Notes: generated by a model not told the origin, from the sequence alone. DNA of 64,000 bases from Terriglobia bacterium (GCA_963666975.2 CAXVYR010000004.1:288001-352000); one strand, 5' to 3'; shown: positions 49,587 to 59,540, counted from the stretch's first letter. Translations and numbers: made by a program.

Positions 49587-50591
49587 ATGGAACTGTTTGC
49601 CCTAACCCGCGATTTGATTGATATCGAATCCGTCACCGGCAATGAGAAACGGATGGCGCTGTATCTGGGCGACTACCTGCAGGCGATGTGCGCTGAGGTA
49701 AGCTTGGAGGAAGCCGAGCCGGACCGGCCCAATGTCGTGGCATGCTGGGGAAAACCCGATGTGGTGCTGAGCACGCATCTGGACACCGTGCCGCCGTTTT
49801 TCCCTTCCCGCGAGGACGACGAGTTCATTTACGGGCGCGGCGCCTGCGACACCAAAGGAATCATCGCGGCACAGCTAGAAGCCGCCTCCCGCCTGCGGGC
49901 AGAGGGGATGGAGGGCTTCGGCCTGTTATTTGTGGTCGGCGAGGAGCGCAGCAGCGCCGGGGCTCTCTTTGCCAACAAATCCCCGCGCGGCTCGCGGTTC
50001 CTGATCAATGGGGAGCCCACCGACAACCGCCTGGCGGTGGGAACCAAGGGCGTCTTGCGGCTGGAGATAGAGGCTTCGGGCCGGATGGCCCACTCGGCCT
50101 ACCCGGAGTTGGGCGAGTCGGCGATTGAAAAGCTGCTGGAGGCGCTCAACCGGCTGCGCGGCATCAAACTTCCAGAAGACGAATTGCTCGGCAAAACCAC
50201 CTGCAACATCGGCACCATCCAGGGTGGGCGAGCGCCGAACGTGATCCCGGACTCCGCCCGCGCCGAGGTAATGTACCGCCTGGTCAGGCCAGGCGAAGAA
50301 CTGCTCCGCGCCGTCGAACAGGCAGTGGGGAAACTCGCCACGGTCCGGGAGGCATTGTACCTTCCACCCGTAAAGCTTGGGACACTAGATGGTCTAATGG
50401 ACGGCCTGGAAACAGCCGTGGTCGCCTTCGCCACCGACATTCCTTCGCTCACCGCCTGGGGGCAGCCCTTCTTGATCGGCCCCGGCTCGATCCACGTGGC
50501 CCACACCGAGAACGAAAAAATCTCCAAGGCTGAGTTGATGCAAGCGGCGGAGATTTATGTCAACATGGTAAAGACCCTGAAGAAAAACTAG
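49587..50591 (+). CDS. M20 metallo-hydrolase (DapE/ArgE-like)
   Basis: HLDTV, GRGACDTKG, GEE, GEPT, AHT; upstream of asd-dapB. Confidence 0.85.
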   Translation: MELFALTRDLIDIESVTGNEKRMALYLGDYLQAMCAEVSLEEAEPDRPNVVACWGKPDVVLSTHLDTVPPFFPSREDDEFIYGRGACDTKGIIAAQLEAASRLRAEGMEGFGLLFVVGEERSSAGALFANKSPRGSRFLINGEPTDNRLAVGTKGVLRLEIEASGRMAHSAYPELGESAIEKLLEALNRLRGIKLPEDELLGKTTCNIGTIQGGRAPNVIPDSARAEVMYRLVRPGEELLRAVEQAVGKLATVREALYLPPVKLGTLDGLMDGLETAVVAFATDIPSLTAWGQPFLIGPGSIHVAHTENEKISKAELMQAAEIYVNMVKTLKKN

Positions 50592-50718
50592 CGGTCCAAA
50601 AGGCCGGGAACCGCCGTTTCGGTTCACGGTGAAAAACTGCGGAGAATCGCGGCGCGAAGATGGAGGCCGTCGCAGCGGTTCCGTATTGGGCTAATGTCGA
50701 AGGAGCAGGAACCATCTG

Positions 50719-51828
50719 ATGTTACGCGTGGGAATGATCGGCTGTAGGGGGATGGTCGGCAGTGTGCTCATGCAGAGGATGCGTGAAGAAGACGCCTTCT
50801 CTGGTATTGAGGCGATCTTCTTTTCCACCTCGAACGCCGGGGGCCCCGCGCCTGTGGAGTCGGCTGACGGGGCGGTTCTGCGCGACGCCGGCGATCTAAA
50901 GAAACTGGCAGCCTGTGACGTGCTGATGAGTTGCCAGGGCGGCGACTACACCTCTCAAGTTTTCGGCCCCCTGCGAGCCAGCGGCTGGAAGGGATACTGG
51001 ATCGACGCCGCTTCCACCCTGCGCATGGAGCCGGATTCGGTGATTGTCCTCGATCCGGTCAACGGCGCTCTCATACGGGAAGCCCTTGCTCAGGGAACCC
51101 GCACCTTCGTGGGCGGCAACTGCACGGTCAGCTTGATGGTGATGGCTGTTGGGGCGCTCTTCCAGGCTGGCCTGGTGGAGTGGATGACGACCATGACCTA
51201 TCAGGCAGCGTCCGGCGCGGGAGCCGCCAAGATGCATGAACTGGTCCGGCAGATGGAGTGCCTAGTGGAGCCGACTCGCAAAACTCCCTCGGAAAACGCC
51301 CTGGAATTGGACCGGATGATGATCGAAGCTCAACGATCCTGTACGATCCCAAAACAGGAGTTTGGCGTGCCGCTGGCGGGCAGTCTCCTGCCCTGGATCG
51401 ACCGGGATATGCACGGCGGACAGACCCGTGAAGAGTGGAAGGGCATGGCCGAAACCAACAAGATTTTGGGGCTAAACCCGCAGGTGCCTGTGGACGGCAT
51501 CTGTGTGCGTGTGGGCACGATGAGGTGCCACAGCCAGGGGCTTTGTATCAAACTGACAAAGGATGTTCCGTTAAAAGATATTGAACAGATACTGGCTGGC
51601 GCGCACGCTTGGGCGCGGGTCATACCCAACGACAGAGAATCCACCCTGCGCTGTCTGACGCCGACGGCGGTCTCCGGCACCCTCACGGTCACGGTGGGCC
51701 GCCTTCACAAGCTGAAACTTGGACCGAATTATCTGGGCGCTTTCACCGTCGGCGACCAGTTGCTGTGGGGAGCCGCCGAGCCCTTGATGCGCATGTTGTC
51801 TATCCTGCGCAGTCACAGGGGTTCATAA
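50719..51828 (+). CDS. asd: Aspartate-semialdehyde dehydrogenase
   Basis: RGMVGSVLMQRM, WIDAAS, GGNCTVS, YQAASGAG, GDQLLWGAAEP. Confidence 0.96.
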   Translation: MLRVGMIGCRGMVGSVLMQRMREEDAFSGIEAIFFSTSNAGGPAPVESADGAVLRDAGDLKKLAACDVLMSCQGGDYTSQVFGPLRASGWKGYWIDAASTLRMEPDSVIVLDPVNGALIREALAQGTRTFVGGNCTVSLMVMAVGALFQAGLVEWMTTMTYQAASGAGAAKMHELVRQMECLVEPTRKTPSENALELDRMMIEAQRSCTIPKQEFGVPLAGSLLPWIDRDMHGGQTREEWKGMAETNKILGLNPQVPVDGICVRVGTMRCHSQGLCIKLTKDVPLKDIEQILAGAHAWARVIPNDRESTLRCLTPTAVSGTLTVTVGRLHKLKLGPNYLGAFTVGDQLLWGAAEPLMRMLSILRSHRGS

Positions 51829-51875
51829 CCAAGCGTTCTGAAGCAGGCATTCATAAGCAGGAAATTGTTCAGATC

Positions 51876-52565
51876 ATGAATCTCGCTCTCATCGGCTACG
51901 GCAAAATGGGCCGCCTCATCGAAGAGTTGGCCATCGCCCGCGGACACCGCGTAGTCTTCAAAGTAGACATTGACGAGAACCACGACGGGCTGGCACTCAC
52001 CGAGCGCAATCTGAAGGGCGTGGACGTTGCCGTGGACTTCACCACGCCGGAGGCGGTGGTCCGGAGCGTGGAGCGAGTGACGGCCCTGGGCGTCAATATG
52101 GTGGTCGGCACCACCGGCTGGATGGACCAGTTGGAAGCGGTTCGCAGCATGGTGGAAGCAAAAGGGGTTGGTTTTGTTTACGGGTCGAACTTCTCGATTG
52201 GGGTGAACCTGTTTTTCCGGCTGATGGAGGCCGCTGCCGCCCAGTTTCGCCAGCACTTGCAGTATGACCCGTGGATTTATGAGATTCACCACCGCGCCAA
52301 GCTCGACGCCCCTTCCGGCACTGCTCTCAAGCTGAAGCAGATCCTCGAAAAGGTTTACGAAGGCCGCGAGGTTTCAACCGCCAGCAACCGCGCCGGGACG
52401 CTGCCCGGAGAGCATACGGTAGGATTTGACTCCGAGGCCGACACCCTGACCTTCACCCACACGGCCCGCAGCCGGCTGGGGTTTGCTTCCGGGGCGCTTC
52501 ACGCCGCTGAATGGGTGCTTGGGAAAAAGGGCTTCTACGAGTTCCCTGATATCCTCTCCGGCTGA
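51876..52565 (+). CDS. dapB: 4-hydroxy-tetrahydrodipicolinate reductase
   Basis: GYGKMG, DFT, GTTG, EIHHRAKLDAPSGTA. Confidence 0.95.
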   Translation: MNLALIGYGKMGRLIEELAIARGHRVVFKVDIDENHDGLALTERNLKGVDVAVDFTTPEAVVRSVERVTALGVNMVVGTTGWMDQLEAVRSMVEAKGVGFVYGSNFSIGVNLFFRLMEAAAAQFRQHLQYDPWIYEIHHRAKLDAPSGTALKLKQILEKVYEGREVSTASNRAGTLPGEHTVGFDSEADTLTFTHTARSRLGFASGALHAAEWVLGKKGFYEFPDILSG

Positions 52566-52724
52566 GCTGTTTTGTTCTTCATTTCAGTTGAGGTTTCAGT
52601 TGACATGGCTTTGAATTTCGGGGTCCCTTTGTGGAAACTGGACTTGACAGGGGCCAAACTGTTTCCTAACATGCTTTTTCGTTCTTTCTGACCGAACAGT
52701 ACTCAATCTGACAGGAGATAACCT

Positions 52725-52991
52725 GTGATTAAGCTTGACATCATCAATGAAGTAGTCAATCGGACTGGGATCACCAAAACGAAGGCGGAAGCGGCTGTAG
52801 AAACTGTCTTCGAAACCATGAAGAAGGCCCTGGAACAAGGGGACCGGATCGAGTTGCGGGGCTTTGGTGTCTTTAATGTGAAGCCCCGGAAAACGGGCGT
52901 GGGCCGCAATCCCCGGACAGGAGCGGAGGTCAATATACCTCCCGGAAAAGCGGTGCGTTTTAAGCCTGGCAAGGAACTGCAAACGCTGTAA
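52725..52991 (+). CDS. HU/IHF-family DNA-binding protein
   Basis: IELRGFGVF, GRNPRTG, FKPGKEL. Confidence 0.95.
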   Translation: MIKLDIINEVVNRTGITKTKAEAAVETVFETMKKALEQGDRIELRGFGVFNVKPRKTGVGRNPRTGAEVNIPPGKAVRFKPGKELQTL

Positions 52992-53036
52992 TCGTTGGCG
53001 CGCACGAGAGTTGCCCAGAAAAAAGATTTCCATCGC

Positions 53037-53063
53037 AAGCGAGCCTGCCCGGCTCGCTTTTTT
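53037..53063 (+). terminator. Intrinsic terminator after HU gene
   Basis: AAGCGAGCC-TGCCC-GGCTCGCTT followed by a T-run. Confidence 0.75.
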
Positions 53064-53086
53064 GTTGGTTCACTCTTATTTGATCA

Positions 53087-54091
53087 ATGAACGAAAAATC
53101 TTGGCAGCCCCAGCCGGAAAACCCTGATGCGCCTCCCTCCCCTGCCGGGGAAGAACCGGCGGCGGCAGAAACCCGTGCGCAGCAGACCTCTCCGCGATTC
53201 TGGCTACCGCTTTGCCTGCTGGCATTGACGGTCCTGACGACGCTGGCCGTCGGGTCCCGGCTCGCCGTCAATTACCAACAGGTCCGGCCTGCCTATACAA
53301 TTGAATCGGACTTGAACCTCTATTCGATCCTAATGTCTTTTGCCGGGCTGCTGGCCAATCCGGCGCAACTGCTCCTGGGGATTCCCTTCTCCCTGACCTT
53401 GCTGGGCATCCTGCTGGCACATGAATTAGGCCACTTTTTCACCTGCCGCCATTACCGGATACAGTCCAGCTACCCTTATTTCATTCCCGCGCCCACGCTC
53501 CTGGGCACCATGGGGGCATTCCTTCGCATTGAATCACAGATCGTCACCCGCCGCGCTTTGTTCGACGTGGGACTCTCAGGCCCTCTGGTGGGGTTCGCTA
53601 TAGCCCTGCCCGTTCTGCTGTATGGCATCTCCTCCTCGAAGGTAATTCCCCTGATCCATATCGGCGGCGTGGTGGAACTGGGCAACCCTCCCCTTGTTCT
53701 GCTGTTGGACGGTTTGTTTTTTCCGGGCATCTCCCCATCCAACATCTACCTTCACCCGGTCGCCCGCGCCGCCTGGGTGGGTTTGTTCGCAACGGCTATG
53801 AACCTGCTTCCCGTCGGCCAGCTGGACGGCGGACACATCCTCTACTCGCTGTTTAGCAGGCAGCATCGGATTGTTTCACTCGGCGTCACGCTGCTGTTGC
53901 TCGCGATCGGATTGCTTCCCGGCATGTGGATCGGATGGACTGTCTGGGGAGTATTGCTGCTGCTGCTCGGCCTCCGCCATCCCAGCGTGATGGACCCGGA
54001 GCCGCTTGGTAATCGCCGGCGATGGATGGCTGCCCTGGCGCTGGCGTTATTGTTCCTTTGTTTTACCCCTGTGCCTTTTGCGACGCATTAG
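53087..54091 (+). CDS. Site-2 protease (M50) family membrane metalloprotease
   Basis: HELGH, GP, NLLPVGQLDGGH. Confidence 0.92.
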   Translation: MNEKSWQPQPENPDAPPSPAGEEPAAAETRAQQTSPRFWLPLCLLALTVLTTLAVGSRLAVNYQQVRPAYTIESDLNLYSILMSFAGLLANPAQLLLGIPFSLTLLGILLAHELGHFFTCRHYRIQSSYPYFIPAPTLLGTMGAFLRIESQIVTRRALFDVGLSGPLVGFAIALPVLLYGISSSKVIPLIHIGGVVELGNPPLVLLLDGLFFPGISPSNIYLHPVARAAWVGLFATAMNLLPVGQLDGGHILYSLFSRQHRIVSLGVTLLLLAIGLLPGMWIGWTVWGVLLLLLGLRHPSVMDPEPLGNRRRWMAALALALLFLCFTPVPFATH

Positions 54092-54180
54092 AAACCCCTC
54101 CCGGCGGGCCTGGCAATTCGCAAGGAAAGGCGCCCTATCAATAGTGGTGGTTTTGGATACGATAAGGGATTGGAGTTGTT

Positions 54181-54984
54181 ATGGCCGGCATGCAATGCAA
54201 ATGGGGAACAATTCTTTTAGGGCTTGCAGTTTTTAGCATTGTTGCCTTTGCCGTTGCCTTTGCCCTGGGCTGGTTAAAAACCCTTTACTACTTCGACGCC
54301 TTCGGCATTGGTCTCTCGTCATTGGAATTGTCCTTGCTGGATTATTTGTTCGAAAGTTGGTTCGTCCTCCAAAATGTCTTCTTTTTCGTTCTGCTGTTTT
54401 GGTTTGTAGTGAAAACCAGCCGCTGGTGGGCTATAGCGCTCGGTGTTCTTTATTTCTTCCTGCCCATCGCATCCCATTACGCCTTTCTCGCGGACCGGCA
54501 GTGGCTCGCGGAATGGCTGATCAACTACCGCCACACCCTGCTGAAATTTGTGCCCTTCGGCGTCTATGCCGCTGCCTGGTTGTTCGACAAACGGAGCTTT
54601 GAAAACCTCAAGAGCTTGTCATGGCCTCACAGTAAAGCGGCCCTGAGCCTCTTCGTCATTTTTATCCTGGCGTGGGCGGTCTCCACGGCAAAGCATTTCG
54701 GCAGCTTCGACGCCAATCGCGTGCTGAGATCGCCGGAGCAGTATTTGTCTCGCGTTAAGCTGCACCCCGAAAGCAGCATCGCCGCGCAATCGCAGATTTC
54801 CGACACAAGCGACCTTTACGTTGTTTATGCGAGTACGAGCCGTTACTTCCTGTGGCATCACGAAGGGTTCCGCTTCGCCGAGCCGAACCAACAGGTGCAT
54901 CTGCTGGTCATCCCGAAAGAAGCGGTGGAGTGGTTGGAAAGCTGGAAACCATTTCAGGTACAGCCCGGATCGGTTTTTTTCTAG
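54181..54984 (+). CDS. Hypothetical multi-pass membrane protein
   Basis: Long ORF with about 5 hydrophobic segments and a soluble C-terminus; no family recognised. Confidence 0.7.
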   Translation: MAGMQCKWGTILLGLAVFSIVAFAVAFALGWLKTLYYFDAFGIGLSSLELSLLDYLFESWFVLQNVFFFVLLFWFVVKTSRWWAIALGVLYFFLPIASHYAFLADRQWLAEWLINYRHTLLKFVPFGVYAAAWLFDKRSFENLKSLSWPHSKAALSLFVIFILAWAVSTAKHFGSFDANRVLRSPEQYLSRVKLHPESSIAAQSQISDTSDLYVVYASTSRYFLWHHEGFRFAEPNQQVHLLVIPKEAVEWLESWKPFQVQPGSVFF

Positions 54985-55070
54985 CTGTGCAGGTAAAATT
55001 TGAAATCTTGTCGTGAACCAAATCACTGGAATGCATCTTTTAATCCCTGCCTCCTTGGGAAAGCTCTTTC

Positions 55071-57308
55071 TTAACTCAACGACTGCGGGTCCACGTCGAT
55101 GATCAAGGCAGCCGCTGGAAAGTTCTCTCGGCGGGCGAATTCCCGGCAGGAAACCAAAATTTCGCGCAGCGTGTTGCGGCGGGCTGCTTTAATCAGAAAC
55201 TGGTAGCGGTAGTCCTTCTTGAGGCGAAAGATGGGCGCCGAGGCCGGGCCCAGCAGCCTCACGCCCGATTTTTGCGCTCCCTCCAGATGCCTCCCCAGCC
55301 TTCCGGTGAGCTTCAGCGCTGTTTCCGCACTGGGACTTTTCACCACCAGATTGGCCAGCACGGAAAACGGAGGGTAGTGCAGGAGCTTCCGGTAGCGCAA
55401 TTCCTGCCGGTAGAACTGATCGTAGTCCTGCGCGGCGGCAGCGCGAATGGCGTAATGGTCCGGGTAGTATGTCTGGATGATTACCTCTCCGGGCAAATCC
55501 CCACGGCCGGCACGGCCGGCCACCTGCGTCAGCAACTGGAAGGTGCGTTCTGCGGCCCGGAAGTCCGGCCGGGCGAGCCCGATATCGGCGCTGATCACCC
55601 CCACCAGCGTCACACGGTGAATGTCATGTCCCTTGGCGATCATCTGGGTGCCGACCAGGATATCCAGCTCGTGATTCCGAAATGCAGACAGGATCGCCTC
55701 CCCCTGTCCCCGGCCGCGCGCCGTGTCGCGGTCCAGTCTCCCGATGCGCGCCTGCGGAAAGTGCTCGTGCAGAGTTTCTTCTATCCGTTCCGAGCCTTCT
55801 CCGACAAAGTAAATATGCTCGCTCGAACAGCCAGGACATTTTCGCGGCACGGGCCGCGCAAATCCGCAATAGTGGCAAAGCAGGCGTCCGATCCGCCGGT
55901 GATGGGTCAGGACAATACTACAGTTGTTGCACTGGACGGCCTCGCCGCAGCTTCGGCACAAGACGAAGGCGGAATAGCCACGGCGGTTCAGCAGGATCAG
56001 GCTCTGCTCTTTCTGCTCCAAGCGCTTGGCGATCTCCTCTTGCAGCCGCCGCGACAAAAAGCCCGCCTTTCCGGTTTCGGCGAACTCCTCCCTCATGTCC
56101 ACGACTGCGGTCTCCGGCAAGGGCCGCTCCAGGACGCGCTGCTCCAATTCAAGCAAACGATACTTTCCTTGCTCGGCGTTGTAACGGGTTTCCAGAGCCG
56201 GGGTGGCGGAGCCGAGAATCACCGTGGCTCCCGCCTCCCGCGCCCGCAGGATGGCCACGTCCCGCCCGTTGTATCGCGGCGCTTCGTCCTGCTTGTAGCT
56301 GGAATCCTGTTCCTCATCGACGATCACCAGGCCGGGACGGTCCAGTGGCGCCATCACCGCCGAGCGAGTGCCCAAGACCACATCCGAGTGCCCTGCCCTC
56401 ACGCGCTGCCATTGAGCCGCCCGCTCCCCCTCGCCCAGCCCGCTGTGCAGCAGAGCCACGCGGGAACCGAAGCGGCTGGTAAACAGACCCGCCATGGCCG
56501 GCGTTAAATTGATCTCCGGAACCAGCATCAGCACCGGACGATTTCGCCGCAATGCCGTCTCCATGGCGCGCAAATAAACCTCCGTTTTGCCGCTCCCTGT
56601 GACTCCTTGCAGCAGCAGTACGGAAAATTTTCCGGTCTCCATCGCTTGCTGAACTCTTGTGAGAGCTTCTCGCTGTTGCCGTGTCAGTTCATGGCCCTTC
56701 CCCCACTCGGGGAGAACTTCCCCGCCCGTCCCTGCTTGCAGGCCGGGGTCCGAGCGAGCCTGGAGCGTCCGCTCCCACCCAATCCATCCCCGGCGCTCGA
56801 GTTTGCGGAGCATTGGCGCGGAGTCTCGCAGAGACTCTTGCCGGATGCCCTTGCGCCGTGCCAGGCGGTTCAGCAGCGCCAACTCGTCAGTGGAAGCCTT
56901 CTTGGAAAAGGATTTCTGCTGCAAGGAGATATGGAGAGCGCGCTCGCCTTTGGCGGTCAGCACTGCTTTCGTCGTTTTGCGAACAGCAGGATTCCGGGGC
57001 AACAGCGCGGCCAGAGCCTCTCCCACGGGGACCTGGTAGTAGCCCGCCATCCACGCTCCCAGACGAAGCAATTCATTGGAGAGGGCAGGCTCTTCGTCCA
57101 TTGTCGCCTGGATAGGCTTGATTAACTTCCGCTCGATATCCGCCGGTTGCACCCCGCAACGCAGGACCACTCCCACCAATTTGCGCGTCCCGAAAGGCAC
57201 AATCACGCGCATCCCCGGCTTAATTTCGAGCGAAGGGGGAACAGAGTAGAAAAACAATTTGTCGAGCGGTACGGGAACGGCTACTTCACAGAACTGAGTC
57301 ATATCCAC
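55071..57308 (-). CDS. priA: Primosomal protein N' (replication restart helicase)
   Basis: GVTGSGKTEVY, LVPEI, DEEQD, GSATP, two zinc-finger Cys clusters, QVAGRAGRG. Confidence 0.96.
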   Translation of the reverse strand: MDMTQFCEVAVPVPLDKLFFYSVPPSLEIKPGMRVIVPFGTRKLVGVVLRCGVQPADIERKLIKPIQATMDEEPALSNELLRLGAWMAGYYQVPVGEALAALLPRNPAVRKTTKAVLTAKGERALHISLQQKSFSKKASTDELALLNRLARRKGIRQESLRDSAPMLRKLERRGWIGWERTLQARSDPGLQAGTGGEVLPEWGKGHELTRQQREALTRVQQAMETGKFSVLLLQGVTGSGKTEVYLRAMETALRRNRPVLMLVPEINLTPAMAGLFTSRFGSRVALLHSGLGEGERAAQWQRVRAGHSDVVLGTRSAVMAPLDRPGLVIVDEEQDSSYKQDEAPRYNGRDVAILRAREAGATVILGSATPALETRYNAEQGKYRLLELEQRVLERPLPETAVVDMREEFAETGKAGFLSRRLQEEIAKRLEQKEQSLILLNRRGYSAFVLCRSCGEAVQCNNCSIVLTHHRRIGRLLCHYCGFARPVPRKCPGCSSEHIYFVGEGSERIEETLHEHFPQARIGRLDRDTARGRGQGEAILSAFRNHELDILVGTQMIAKGHDIHRVTLVGVISADIGLARPDFRAAERTFQLLTQVAGRAGRGDLPGEVIIQTYYPDHYAIRAAAAQDYDQFYRQELRYRKLLHYPPFSVLANLVVKSPSAETALKLTGRLGRHLEGAQKSGVRLLGPASAPIFRLKKDYRYQFLIKAARRNTLREILVSCREFARRENFPAAALIIDVDPQSLS

Positions 57309-57549
57309 AGGGTTCCGTAGCTGTTATTGCTGATAATAAACAACTTGTTGGCTTTGTTTCGCAAAATATTATCTTTCACCCAAAAACTCCACGCTTACCG
57401 AAGGCAGACAGGGCAGGCTGTGTCCTGTTCTTTACTCGCCTTCCTTCGCCAGTATGAGCTGCGTACCGGGAGAGCGTCAAACCATTCTTCCGAAAATTCC
57501 GAGAGAACCGAAAGGGTGGGTGCGGGTCAGTTTCCGGGAAGGGCGTTTA

Positions 57550-57640
57550 TAATGAGAACCGATCCAAACCGCAATCGTGGAGGTGCTGTAATCAGAGCCG
57601 CGCCTGTCCCGAGCGCAGTCGAGGGAACAGTAATGGAGCG
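57550..57640 (+). repeat. 67-bp direct repeat, copy 1, interrupted by a 24-bp hairpin element (57603-57626)
   Basis: TAATGAGAACCGATCC...GAGCCGCG[CCTGTCCCGAGCGCAGTCGAGGGA]ACAGTAATGGAGCG; matches 58515-58581. Confidence 0.85.
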
Positions 57641-57898
57641 GTTTCGTAGCCACCGCCCGCCATGCCTGCCCTGAGCGAAGCCGAAGGGGCGGTTTAGGCG
57701 GGTCGACCTTAAACTGGGAGGGAATTTATTGGACACGCAAGAAGGCATTACAAACAAAGTCGGTTCCACCGCAGTTCGCCGCCAGCGGTTTCGTGTTCGG
57801 TTGTCCAGAACCGGTTTTATCCAAGCCAGCCTGAACATGAGTTAGGTCCTCCTACAGACCGGTGGGCGTGACACCGTCTCGGATGGTAAGATTCTTCT

Positions 57899-58192
57899 GT
57901 GGTCTATGAAATCCGGTTCGCCTCTTCGGCCAAACGCCACCTTCAGGCATTTCCCGTCGGCAAACGCACCGTGAATGTAGCTGCAGTTGAGACACAGCTT
58001 TCACACGAACCTCTGGTGGAGACGCGCAACCGCAAGCGTCTTCGACCAAATCCCATCGCACCTTGGGAACTGCGTGTGAGGAGCATGCGGGTGTTCTACG
58101 ATGTGGACCAACCCGGTGTGGTTACGGTCCTGGCAATCGGAGCGAAACGCGGCAACAAGCTGCACATCGAAGGCGAGGAGATGGAATTATGA
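57899..58192 (+). CDS. RelE/ParE-family toxin
   Basis: YEIRF, QLSHEP..ETRNRKRLRPN..APWELRV..MRVFYDV. Confidence 0.85.
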   Translation: MVYEIRFASSAKRHLQAFPVGKRTVNVAAVETQLSHEPLVETRNRKRLRPNPIAPWELRVRSMRVFYDVDQPGVVTVLAIGAKRGNKLHIEGEEMEL

Positions 58193-58500
58193 AAACCCTG
58201 GAACTGAAAAAGGCATCGAAGGCGCTTGCCGATTATGCAACCAATTTGGGCTCGGAATCCATCGTGATTACCTCGAATAAGAAGCCGGTTGCTGCTCTTG
58301 TGCCGCTCAAAGGGGTGGAACGGGAGTCTCTGTCTCTTAGCCTAAATCCAGCGTTTCTGAAAATCATCCGTCGTGCGCGCGCAGAAGTTCGCCGAGGGGA
58401 GGTCTATTCGCTGAACCAGGTAAAGCAAGAGATGCTTCCCGAGACCGCGAGACCTAACAAGCCGTTGCGCCGGACGCGCCGAAAACCGTCTCGCCGCTGA
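58189..58500 (+). CDS. Phd/YefM-like antitoxin
   Basis: ATGA overlap with toxin; IVITSNKKPVAALVP. Confidence 0.8.
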   Translation: MKTLELKKASKALADYATNLGSESIVITSNKKPVAALVPLKGVERESLSLSLNPAFLKIIRRARAEVRRGEVYSLNQVKQEMLPETARPNKPLRRTRRKPSRR

Positions 58501-58512
58501 GCGCCGGGGGCT
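58452..58512 (+). other. Degenerate integron attC-like site
   Basis: ACCTAAC (RYYYAAC) followed by an imperfect palindrome; exactly complementary to GTTAGGT at 57841-57847. Confidence 0.55.
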
Positions 58513-58514
58513 TT

Positions 58515-58581
58515 TAATGAGAACCGATCCACACCGCCATCGTGGGGGTGCCGTAATCCGAGCCGCGACAGTAATGGAGCG
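58515..58581 (+). repeat. 67-bp direct repeat, copy 2
   Basis: TAATGAGAACCGATCCACACCGCCATCGTGGGGGTGCCGTAATCCGAGCCGCGACAGTAATGGAGCG. Confidence 0.85.
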
Positions 58582-58652
58582 TCCACCCAGGGCTGCCATT
58601 GAGACAATGCAAGGGTAGTACCAAGTCTAAAGAGCGTCCTATAATCTCATTC

Positions 58653-59540
58653 TCAATCCCGTGAGGATTTCAAATAGGCGAGGATCATCTTCAGATCGGC
58701 CCACGATTCGCGCTTCTTGCTGGGATCGCGCAACAAATAGGCGGGATGATAAGACACCAGCACCGGGAAACCTTGAAATTCGTGCCACTGCCCGCGGAGG
58801 CTCGCCATCGATTGGCGCACCCCCAGCAGCGTCTCGGCGGCGGTCGCCCCCAAGGCGCAGACTACGCGGGGTTGAATCGCATTCAACTGGCGCTCCACAA
58901 ATGGACGGCAGGCGGCGATTTCATCCTTCTCCGGCTTGCGGTTTTCCGGCGGGCGGCATTTGACGATGTTGCAGATGTAGACCTCGGATCGGGGAATCCC
59001 CATTCCCTTTTCAATCATATCCGTCAGAAGCTGTCCGGCGCGCCCCACAAAGGGCAACCCCTGGCGATCTTCATCCGCGCCCGGCCCTTCCCCCACGAAC
59101 ACCAATTCGGCCTTGGGATTCCCGGACCCGAATACAATGTTCGTGCGGCCCTTCCACAGCTTGCAGCGGCGGCAGTCGCCTAAATCTTCTTGGATCGCCT
59201 GCAAACTTTCGCCGGAATAAGAAGCCGCAAGTAAATCTTTACTCCTGGACTGGCGAGCCGGTTTGGAATTGGAAAGTAAAGAGCTGGCAGCGAGCGCAGG
59301 CGCCTCTGCCTCTGCGGACGCCCGGTCGCCCGTTAAGTGGTTAGGCGAGTGACTGGCCGAGCGAGTTTGGTCTGGTTCTGTCACCGCTGCCTGGCTGGCT
59401 GGAGACGCCGCGATGTTCTCGATGTTCTCCTCATTGGAAGAACCAGCGCCACGCAGATACAAATGAGTGAATCCCAGTTGGCGGTAATACTTCAGCCAGT
59501 TGGCAAGCTCGCGGGACAGTGCTCTCTCAGGATTTTCCAT
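58653..59540 (-). CDS. Uracil-DNA glycosylase, family 4
   Basis: CRRC, GEGPG, PFVGRAG, NIVKCRPP, YHPAYLLR. Confidence 0.93.
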   Translation of the reverse strand: MENPERALSRELANWLKYYRQLGFTHLYLRGAGSSNEENIENIAASPASQAAVTEPDQTRSASHSPNHLTGDRASAEAEAPALAASSLLSNSKPARQSRSKDLLAASYSGESLQAIQEDLGDCRRCKLWKGRTNIVFGSGNPKAELVFVGEGPGADEDRQGLPFVGRAGQLLTDMIEKGMGIPRSEVYICNIVKCRPPENRKPEKDEIAACRPFVERQLNAIQPRVVCALGATAAETLLGVRQSMASLRGQWHEFQGFPVLVSYHPAYLLRDPSKKRESWADLKMILAYLKSSRD

